NCBI RefSeq assembly: GCF_036365525.1
Contig: NC_090399.1
Span: forward strand, 31,032,430-31,096,429
Source: Heterodontus francisci
Taxonomy: Eukaryota
DNA: 64,000 nucleotides
Direction of reading: 5' to 3'
Positions 26,883-37,809 of the stretch are shown here, piece after piece. The notes beneath the pieces were generated by a model. The model saw only the letters and a list, made by a program, of their open reading frames with translations. It made no database searches and had not been told where the DNA came from. The position numbers were made by a program, and so were the translations under genes. The first letter of the stretch is position 1; every line of letters starts with the position of its first letter.

Positions 26883-28244
26883 CTGAAAAGCTAAACAGTG
26901 GTAAAACTCGAACTGGCAATGGCAATAATGTGGCTAAAAACGCAGCACATTTTACATTTGATTCTGATTTACCATAAATGAGATTCCAAGACACCTCCCT
27001 CACGATTGTAATTCGTTTTTACAAATTTTATTTCGGTGAATTTGTTTTATCATCAAGGAGAAAATGAAAGCATTGAGCATTCAAGTCATGCGAAAAGTTT
27101 TTTCTTCCCCAAATATTCATCTAATGCCTACCTCGTAAAATCCAGTATAATTATTGTGGTTTTACATTTCCTTACGGTCTTTTCGCAGGGCCATCTTTCG
27201 ACTCCGTTCACTGAGGAGCAAATAAGGCTCTCTCCACCCCGCTGTCCCCCCGCACCCCCATGAGATGCATAAGAACTTTTATTCTATTCGTTCTTCGGAA
27301 GTGTGCGTCGCTTGTTTATCCATAAATTTCCCTTCAGAAATTGGTGGGCTTTCTTCTTGAGTCATTGCAGTCAGTATGGTGAAAGTACTCCTAAAGGCTG
27401 TTTAGTAGTAATTTCCAGGAGTATGACCCAGCGACCACGGACGGTGTAGCTCCAATTCGGGTTACTGTATGACTTGGAGAGGGACATGGAAGAATTATGC
27501 TCCCACGCACCTCTTCTGTTTTCACTGACTACATTTTCATCGGAGTTTAATTATTTTCTGCTGAAAATGTTCAAATTGACCTGAGCCTGTGTTTACTTCA
27601 CAGCAATCATACACTGTGGTTTAAACAGATACATTTCTAACAGGATCAGAATGCTACACCGAGCCTTACACAGTATAACGCTTGTGCCCTTATAAAATCA
27701 ATACCATCCACCTCAACACGATGAACCACCTGCCTCTCTCTGTCGCGATTCGTAGGAAAAAATAATGTGAAACTACATTATGATCTAGCACATTCTGCTT
27801 AGAAATGCACTTGAGCAACATTAAATTGGACTTCAGTATTTACTTCTAAAATCAATTAGGAGTCAAACAGTTAGTCAAGTAAAATAACGCGAATCGCATA
27901 TTTTGCTCTTTAACTGGTGATCAAAAACATTATATCACCCATTTCAAGATAAACAATTCTATCAGTTAGCATAGAACTTTCAAGAGTGCTTTTAAGCCTT
28001 AACGTCTGGAGTGAAATTAAAATAAACATGACAAGAAAATTTGGTCACAAGAATTTAATATCGCATTTGGAATATTACCTTTCCTTCTGCTCACTTACTT
28101 CAAAATTCTCGCAATTTAGAACAGATTTTAAAATCTTTTTTATTTCTATCATAAAGTCATGAGCCTGATTTACCAACATGTATGCTGCTGATCTTCAAAT
28201 AAATCCCATTCTGAACCAATTTGGGACCATTGCTTACTGAATTT

Positions 28245-30760
28245 CTTTGGCCTCCTCATCTCGAGAGACAATGGGTAGGCGCCTGGAGGTGGTCAGTGGT
28301 GTGTGGAGCAGCGCCTGGAGTGGCTATCAAGGCCAATTCTCGAGTGACAGGCTGTTCCACAGGTGCTGCAGAAAAATTTGTTTGTCGGGGCTGTTACACA
28401 GTTGGTTCTCCCCTTGCGCTTTTGACTTTTTTCCTGCCAACTGCTAAGTCTCTTCGACTCGCCACATTTTAGTCCCGCCTTTATGGCTGCCCGCCAGCTC
28501 TGGCGAACGCTGGCAACTGACTCCCACGACTTGTGATCAATGTCACAGGACTACATGTCATATTTGCAGATGTCTTTAAAGCGGAGACATGGACGGCCAG
28601 TGGGTCTGATACCAGTGGCGAGCTCGCTGTACAAGTGACTTTGGGGATCCTGCCATCTTCCGTGTGGCTCACATGGCCAAGCCATCTCAAGCGCCGCTGA
28701 CTCAGTAGTGTGTATAAGCTGGGGATGTTGGCCGCATCGAGGACTTCTGTGTTGGAGGTCCTGCCACCTGATGCCAAGTATTCTCTGGAGGCAGCAAAGA
28801 CGGAATGAATTGAGACGTCGCTCTTGGCTGACATACGTTGTCCAGGCCTCGCTGCCATTGAGCAAGGTACTGAAGACACAGGCTTGATACACACGGACTT
28901 TTGTGTTCCGTGTCAGTGTGCCATTTTCCCACACTCTCTTGGCCAGTCTGGACATAGCAGTGGAAGCCTTTCCCATGCGCTTGTTGATTTCTGCATCTAG
29001 AGACAGGTTACTGGTGATAGTTGAGCCTAGTTAGGTGAACTCCTGAAGCACTTCCAGAGCGTGCTCACCAATATTGATGGATGGAGCATTTCTGACGTCC
29101 TGCCCCATGATGTTCGTTTTCTTGAGGCTGATGGTTAGGCCAACTTCATTGCAGGCAGCCGCAAACCTGTCGATGAGACTCTGCAGACACTCTTCAGTGT
29201 GAGATGTTAAAGCAGCATCGTCAGCAAAGAGGAGTTCCCTGATGAGGTCTTTCCGTACTTTGGACTTCGCTCCTAGACGTGCAAGGTTGAACAACCTGCC
29301 CCCAGATCTTGTGTGGAGGAAAATTCCTTCTTCTGAAGACTTGAACTCATGTGAGAGCAGCAGGGAGAAGAAAATCCCAAAAAGTGTGGGTGCGAGAACA
29401 CAACTCTGTTTCACGCCAGTCACGATAGGAAAGAGGTCTCATGAGGAGCCGCCATGTTGAATTGTGCCTTTCATCTTGTCATGGAATGAGGTGATGATAC
29501 TTAGTAGCTTTGGTGGACATCCAATCTTTTCTAGTATCCTGAAGAGACCACGTCTGCTGACGAGTTCAAAGGCTTTGGTGAGATCAATGAAAGCATTGTG
29601 GAGGGGCATCTGTTGTTCATGGCATTTCTCCTGTATCCGATGAAGGGAGAACAGCATGTCAATGGTCGATCGCTCTGCACGAAAGCCACACTGTGCCTCA
29701 GGGTAGATGTGCTCGGCCAGCTTCTGGAGCCTGTTTAGAGCGACTCGAGCAAAGACTTTCCGCACTATGCTGAGCAGAGATATTCCACGGTAGTTGGTGC
29801 AGTCACAACGGTCACGTTTGTTTTTATAGAGGGCGATGTTATTGGCATTGCGCATGTCCTGAGGTACTGCTCCCTCGTCCCAGCCCAGGCATAGCAGCTC
29901 ATGTAGTGCTGAGAGTATAGCAGGCTTGGCACTCTTGATTTTTTCAGGGGGAATGCTGTCCTTCCCAGGGGCTTTTCCGCTGGCTAGAGAATCAATGGCA
30001 TCACTGAGTTCCGATTTTGTTGGCTATATGTCCAGCTCATCCATGACTGGTAGAGGCTGGGCTGCATTGAGGGCAGTCTCAGTGACAACATTCTCCCTGG
30101 AGTACAGTTCTAGGTAGTGCTCAACCCAGCGGTCCATTTGTTTGCATTGGTCAGTGATTATGTCCCCTGATTTAGATTTGAGGGAGGCGATCTTCTTGAT
30201 GGCTGGCCCAAGAGCTCTCTTAATGCCATCATACATTCCTCTGCTGTTTCCGGTGTCTGAGGCCAGCTGATTATGACTGCATAGGTGTTGCCAGTAGTCA
30301 TTTGCAGAGCGCCTGACTGTTCTTTGTGCAATGCTTCTGGCTGCTTTAAGTGCTATGGATGTTAACTCGCTGGGGGCTTTCTTGTAGTTCAACAGTGCAA
30401 TGCACTTAGCGGCTATGACAGGTTCCAGCTCTTCAATATGAGATTGAAACAAGTCTGCATTTCTCTTCACACGTTTGCCATAGGTGGTCAAGGCTGACTC
30501 ATAGATGGCTTCTGTGATGTGGGCCCACTTGGTCTCAGCATCCCCTGTGGGAGTGTTCTGAAGGGCGGTTACAAGTGAATTTAGAAATTTTTGTAGCAGC
30601 TGTGGATGAGAAATTCTGCTCGTGTTGATGCACGGGTGGCCCTTCTGCTTGGAATGATGCAACATCTTTGGTCTGAGTCCAGCCATGCTGCACACCAGGG
30701 AGTGGTCGGTGTCACAGTGCGCACTGTGGAAGCTGCGTGTGATTTGAACACTGTTCAAAG
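28245..30760 (-). mobile_element. RTE-clade LINE, 3' two-thirds (end of endonuclease, RT, 3' end)
   Basis: DTDHSLV, NYRGISLLS, AFIDLTKAF, ELLFADDAAL, RRLRWLGHV; frameshifted. Confidence 0.92.
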
Positions 30761-30764
30761 GTCT

Positions 30765-32628
30765 TAAGATGGCTCCTGGGCTGTAATCTCCCTAGGAAGC
30801 TCCCTTGCTGTTCAACTCTATCCATGGCCATCTGCTCCCAGTCTTCGTGTTTTCTCCCCCAATCTACCCTCTCAAACTGTTTAAACTCCCCTGGCTCTTT
30901 AATCAGTTCATTTTAGCCCTAACTACAAGCTAACAGCTAGTTTATGTTACCTGGACCCACTACCCTCCCCCAGCCATACCTGCTCTTTGTTTTCTCAATT
31001 GAGAAAATTGATCGCAGTCCGGACGAAACTACAAAGTACAGCTGGTGATACTTTGATCTCCAATCCTGCTGTCTTCACCGTCCAGAGTGTATGCGGCCAC
31101 GGCGTGCAGTAAGTCCATTGAAGAGAGTAAGGAGCAGAGGGACCCGAGGGAAGTCTAGCGAAACGGTGCCCCGAACACCCAAAAAGCCACGAATGGCTCC
31201 TCGGCTGCAACTTCAAAGTGCCCACGGGAGATTGCTCGGAGAGCATCTGTAGCGCGCTGTCGACAATGCTGTTACCGGTGCCCGAGGATGTCGCTCACCT
31301 CCTGAAGGATGCGGACGACACTTCCAGGAGTCGATTGTGGGAACTGAGGAAATGGCTTATTACCTGAACCCCCTTTCCCCCCTTCCCCTTCCCCCTTCCA
31401 CGCCCCCTTCCCCTACCCAGCTCCACTCTCTCAGCTCACCCCGCCGCACCTCCACCCCCCTCAAAACCCCTTCCCAGCCTCCCCTCGCACCATCTTCCCC
31501 CTGCACCCCCTTCCCCTGCACCCCCCCTACCCGCTTACAGCCCCCTTCCCTGCTCCCCCTAACACCCCTTTCCCTGCACCCCTCTCCCTCGTACCCCCTC
31601 CTCCCACCGGCATCATCCTACACCTGTGTAGGGGCCCGAACAACTCCACTGCCTTGTGGGCGTCTCGGGAGAGACGAAGGCAAAGGGAGTAAAACCGAAT
31701 AGAAAATCCGGAGCGGGACCCCGTAGGCGGTCATGTGTCACCTTTGGCATGTTTCCGGCAGTTCCTGCAGCCATACCAGTGCCAAACGTCGTGCTCTGCA
31801 CTCCTTTGGACCCCACCAGAAAGGCCAAGAGGGGGGTTTTGATGATTTGGCAACTCTCAACCTCCATACATTCGCCCAGGCATGCGCCATGGAGAGGTCA
31901 CTCCATAGTTGCCTCACAGCGACTGAAACAATATGGAAGGCAGCAGTTACAGGTTATAAGTCCAGCTCAATTAGCATAGAGATTGGGCGCCACGGGTTGC
32001 CTTTGTTGGTGGGAGAGGTCATCGCACCTCACTGGACAGCTACCGCCCTCCTCAAACCGGGCAGCCCCCGGTCAATAAGGTTGTGTCCCACCACAGTCCA
32101 CCTGCTTCAATGGGTGCTTGGAGCTCATGGTCATTTCCCGAAAAGCAGACTGCAACACCGCACCAAACAACATGAAAAAAGGAAAGAAGGTACAAGCCCT
32201 TCGCTTTTCAAGCCCGAACGTCAGAACTATGTGTCCTGGCCTGTCGGAACACTTTACACAAATCAACGATTCACGGAAGACCGCCATCATGAACAACAAG
32301 CTCAGTAGACTCAATGTAGACATTGCAGCACTTCAGGAAACACGCCTCCCCACGAGTGGATCTCTAGCAGAGCAATACTACACCTTCTTCTGGCAGGGCA
32401 GGGATCCTGAAGAACCAAGACAGCATGGAGTGGGCTTTGCCATCAGAAACTCTTTGCTCAGCATGATAGAGCCACCTTCAAATGGCTCGGAAAGCATAAT
32501 GTCCATCCAACTGCTCACCGTCTCTGGTGCAGTACACCTACTCAGCATCCATGCTCCAACACTCTGCTCTCTACCTGAAGCTAAAGACCAGTTCTACGAG
32601 GAACTCCATAATATCATTAGTAGCATCC
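30765..32628 (+). mobile_element. RTE-clade LINE 5' part (putative 5'UTR, C-rich linker, APE endonuclease N-terminus)
   Basis: NVRTM..DIAALQETR..GVGFAI..HAPT..KDQFYEEL at 32118-32628. Assigning 30765-31630 (starts AAGATGGC) to the same element is inference. Confidence 0.75.
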
Positions 32629-32924
32629 TCGTTTATTCTTAGATTTGAAAACGTGGTCTTTAAATAGTTGTGTTTCAGTCTCTGAAGTAAATATGTTTTC
32701 CTCTGATGGCTCCCTAAACTTTCCTTGCATTTCCAATTATATAATTGAGACTGTACAGTAAATTCCGATAGTTGGAGAAATTCACTTCACTGTCAAAGAT
32801 CGTGTATAATATGAATTAAATCATTGCAAACAGAGAGCACCGTTTCCGTGCCTGCCTGGATTTCATTGTGCATTTGGGATCCTCAGGACACAAAGGAGTA
32901 TGCCATGGAATAGACAGTCCTCAC

Positions 32925-33000
32925 CAAATACTATATTTTCCGGAAGCATCTCTGAATATTCGTAAACTACAATATAATTGTAGCTGAAGTGGCCAGTTGC
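32925..33000 (-). CDS. Gene A predicted cytoplasmic exon 2 (YSEM motif)
   Basis: Strong acceptor ttttgtctttatttttcaccgtgcAG and donor G|GTGAGG; 76 nt. Phase 0->1 reading ATGHFSYNYIVVYEYSEMLPENIVF bridges the flanking predicted exons. Confidence 0.5.
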
Positions 33001-33719
33001 CTGCACGGTGAAAAATAAAGACAAAAGAGGTTCTGCAACAGCTCACGGCCATTACAGCGGGAACCTCTTTACTTAGCTGTCCAGCGTTTGATAGGGAGTA
33101 ATTTTAGTTTAATTATTAATCTAGTTTAATTAAACAATGCTATTTTAACACATTGTTGCTTACCTCTAAACCATTCAGTATGCAGTTAGCCGTTGAATTT
33201 CTACGAGTGTTTTCCTGATCATCCACCATAACTTTAGAGGAAGCTCCTTGGAACCATCGGTGAAATGGCATGAATATACTAAAGTTACCGAAAGTCTGTT
33301 CAAGGTGACCGTCCAGGAAGCCTGGAAATCGCGATGCCAAAATGACGCTGTAGACATGTCAGATGTCATTGGGGCACAGAGCCTAAAAAAGAGGATTTTT
33401 GAGACCAGTTAGAGGGTCAAATGTATCTTTTACTGAATGGTGAGTGCAGTCACACCGAGGATGCCGGTTTGAGATGGGTTGCGTACACTTGGGTTCCAGT
33501 CAAGCAGAGCCGCATTGACAGTGTTTGGCTCCTTTCTGCTTGGGCCTGTAACTGTCTTGAGAAACAGGTCATTTTTTGCCTGTATTGTCCTCGTAGGTAA
33601 TGGGCACAACAATGAACGGATTTCCATCCCTTTCTCCATTTGCAGGCTCTGAAATACTGACCGCCAAACACCCGGTGCCAAGAAGTAAAAGTGGGACAAA
33701 AATTGCATAGTGTCAAACG

Positions 33720-35290
33720 GCCCACGCAAGCCTCAGCGAGACCAAGTGGGCCCACATCAGAGACGCCATCTATGAGTCAGCTTTGACCACCTACGGAAAA
33801 AGTGCGAAGAGAAATGCAGACTGGTTTCAATCTCATATTGAAGAGCTGGAACCTGTCATAGTCGCTAAGCGCATTGTGCTGTTGAACTACAAGAAAGCCC
33901 CCAGCGAGTTAACATCCGTAGCACTTAATACATTGCTTTCATTGATCTCACCAAAGCCTTTGACCTCGTCAGCAGACGTGGTCTCTTCAGACTACTAGAA
34001 AAGATTGGATGTCCACCAAAGCTACTAAGTATCATCACCTCATTCCATGACAAGATGAAAGGCACAATTCAACATGGCAGCTCCTCATCAGACCCCTTTC
34101 CTATCCTGAGTGGTGTGAAACAGGGCTGTGTTCTCGCACCCACACTTTTTGGGATTTTCTTCTCCCTGCTGCTCTCATATGAGTTCAAGTCTTCTGAAGA
34201 AGGAATTTTCCTCCACACAAGATCAGGCGGCAGGTTGTTCAACCTTGCCCATCTAGCAGCGAAGTCCAAAGTACGGAAAGTCCACATCAGGGAACTCCTC
34301 TTTGCTGACGATGCTGCTTTAATATCTCACACTGAAGAGTGCCTGCAGAGTCTCATCGACAGGTTTGCAGCTGCCTGCGATGAATTTGGCCTAACCATCT
34401 GCCTCAAGAAAACGAACATCATGGGGCAGGACGTCAGAAATGCTCCATCCATCAATATTGGCGACCACGCTCTGGAAGTGATTCAAGAGTTCACCTACCT
34501 AGGCTCAACTATCACCATTAACCTGTCTCTAGATGCAGAAATCAACAAGCGCATGGGAAAGGCTTCCATTGCTATGTCCAGACTGGCAAAGAGAGTGTGC
34601 GAAAATGGCACACTGACACGGAACACAAAAGTCCGAGTCGATCAAGCCTGTGTCCTCAGTACCTTGCTCTGTGGCAACGAGGCCTGGACAACATATGTCA
34701 GCCAAGAGCGACGTCTCAATGCATTCCATCTTTTCTGCCTCCAGAGAATACTTGGCATCAGGTGGCAGGACTGTATCTCCAACACAGAAGTACTCGATGC
34801 GGCCAACATCCCCAGCTTATACACACTACTGAGTCAGTGGCGCTTGAGATGGCTTGGCCATGAGAGCCGCATGGAAGATGGCAGGATCCCCAAAGACACA
34901 TTGTACAGCGAGCTCGCCACTGGTATCAGACCCACCGGCCGTCCATGTCTCCGCTTTAAAGACGTCTGCAAACGCGACATGAAGTCCTGTGACATTGATC
35001 ACAAGTCGTGGGAGTCAGTTGCCAGCGTTTGCCAGAGCTGGCAGGCAGCCATAAAGGCGGGGCTAAAGTGTGGTGAGTCGAAGAGACTTAGCAGTTGGCA
35101 GGAAAAAAGACAGAGGCGCAAGGGGAGAGCCAACTGTGTAACAGCCCCAACATACAAATTGTTCTGCAGTGCCTGTGGAAGAGCCTGTCACTCTAGAATT
35201 AGCCTTTATAGCAACTCCAGGCGCTGCTCCACACACCGCTGACCACCTCCAGGCGCTTTCCCATTGGCTCTCGAGATAAGGAGGCCAAAG
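33720..35290 (+). mobile_element. RTE-clade LINE, internally deleted, with 395-aa RT C-terminal ORF (34055-35242)
   Basis: GVKQGCVLAP, LFADD, FTYLGS, C-terminal CxxC zinc motif. Jump from pre-RT sequence to FIDLTKAFD at ~33925. Confidence 0.93.
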
Positions 35291-37809
35291 TTGATTACAT
35301 AAATGATGTGTGACGTTTCCAGTGCGTTTAATTATATTTAAGTGCTATTACGTTTATTTGGAGTAAAATGAAATAACTGCAAAATGTCGCAAGGTAAGTA
35401 TTTGGAGTAAGACTCCAACATATTCTTTGTGGAATTTAATGCTGGCAAAGAGCCATTTTGGAGCCTAGTTCACTTCCGAATCTCCAGTCCAATCCCTTCA
35501 AATCAGTGGCGGAGAAAACCAGCCTGCTACAGAATGCCAACATCGGGCATTTGAATTGATGCTTGAGTGACAATTGCTTCTTCAAAATAACCCCCCACAA
35601 AAGTAAATTAAAGTAATGGTTTAACCACCACATTGTCAGTACTGTTCCAGTGTCGCCTCGTTTTTTACAATGTGCCGGAAAGTATTGCAAGTAAAGGAAA
35701 CTTCCCCCAGTTATCATAAAGAAATATTAAGCGATACACAGAATTAGATAGATTATACAGACAAGAAACAGGCCCATCTGCCTAATTGTCTGTACTGGTG
35801 TTTATACTCCACAAGAATCCGACCACTGAGACAAGCTGACAAGATACTCCTGATGAGGAGAAATTCTTGAGTTATCATTAACCACATTGGATTATTTGAA
35901 TTTTGAGTGTCATTAAATGCTCAGTTTTAATCCATACAGGATATAAATGGTCACCGCATTCACCGAAATGTCTTACAAAACACAATTTTCAAAACTAGAG
36001 ACTATATAATCCTTATTTGGTGCCCCATCATGTGCCGGGAGAACAAGCATCACTATAATTGGTAAAATAAAAGCAAAATACTGCAGATGGTGGCAATCTG
36101 AAATAAAAACTGAAGACTCGAAACGGTACTCTGCTTCTCTCTCTGCAGATGCTGCCAGACCTGCTGAGTATTTCCAGCACTTCCTGTTATTATTTCACTG
36201 TAATTGGTGTTAGAAATCCTGAAGTAGGAAAGAGTAATATGCTCGATCTGACAGTCTTAGTAACTGTCTGATGATCTCTGCTGAAAAGTGTATGAATACA
36301 AATGTCGTCATTCGGAGCAGGGCAGGGACTAGTAATCTAGAGCCCAGACTAATGCACTGGTGTCATATGTTCGAATCCCACCACGGCAGATGGTGAAATT
36401 TGTATGCAATTCATAAATCTGGAATTTAAAACTAGTCTAATGGTGACCATGAAATTATTGTCGATTGCTGCAAAAACCCATCTGCTTCACCAATGTCGTT
36501 TAGGGAGGGAACTCTGCCATGCTTACCTGGTCTGCCGTATATGTGACTCCAGCCCCACAGCAATGTGGTTGATTCTCAAATGTCCTCTGAAATGGCCTAG
36601 CAAGACATTTAATTCAAGGGTAGTTAGGGATGGGCAATAAATGCTGTCCTAGCCAGCGATGCCCACATCCAACAAACGAATAAAAAATGGGATTATTTGT
36701 GGAAAGATGAGACTATAACATGGCGGTCTCTATATCAATGATACATCACCTTCATGAAGACATAGCAAATAAAATCGAACAGTTTGCATTTATAAGATGT
36801 TATGAATTAACTACGAAAGCTATGCTCAGCTTATTGATGCTAAAGTAGGCACCTAGTAAAGCTCATTGCAATCACTTTTTCTTCTTTTCACACATTACGA
36901 ACATGTAATTAATTACATTGCTGGCTGATGAAAGTCGTTTTTCTTTTTCTCCTCAAATAGATGGCAACAAAACTTTCTGCTAATACATATTTTAATCTAT
37001 CTGTTCCATCCGTGTCAATTCTTCTCTACATTGCTACTAAAATATCGTGTGCTGAACTTGGGCATACTTCTGTTATGGGCCTATGCCACTGGTACATAAC
37101 TGTTACACAGAATTCTTACAGCCAGGTCATAGATTAGATGATCCTTCCACTAGGTGGGCTATATTTGAATGCAAATTAGAGCAGTGAAAGTTTACACTGA
37201 ATTACTTTATTGTTAACAGAGTAAAAATTTGCATCAACATATTAAGTCAATATTTAATGAAATATAAATGCTTTGAAACTTTCTGGCTGTTGCACCAATA
37301 CGAATTAATTGTCAGAATATTAACCGGGTGATATATTATTCATCCTATTTTATAGCATATTAGCAGCAGAATTTTGTTACTGAATCGGTATTTGACCCAA
37401 TCTTATTTGTGATGGGAGTAACAGCGTTCCAGAGCCTGCAATAGATTTGTTTGGAATTATTACCGAAATCAATTTATTGAGTGAGACTCTACAAATTGGC
37501 AGTGAACAGCCACAAGTATTCCATTATTTATAAACGGGTTTCACATATATTAAAAGCTTTTCTAAAGGCACAGGTCTTTCCGGGTAACCATCTGTCTGTC
37601 ACGGAGACCATGCTACAGTAATGGGCTTCCAGCGGGAATTTTCCATTCAGCCACATAGCTCGTTTTCTTTGTGTAGCACGTGATAAAAGTAATCATATTG
37701 AAAGCCATTGTGAAAAATATGCAAATTCAGATCAAGTGTCCCTAATTTCTTTACTTGTCACATCTCATAAGAACAGGGTGGTGCAATGGATCGAACAAGT
37801 TTCTGCTTC

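Noticed and set aside
31337-31702. Proline-rich 121-aa ORF
   Set aside because: Translation of a C-rich low-complexity tract in the retroelement 5' region.
33175-33369. HFTDGSK as an RNase H motif of an I-clade LINE
   Set aside because: Only one short motif; no further RNase H catalytic residues or RT context recognisable.
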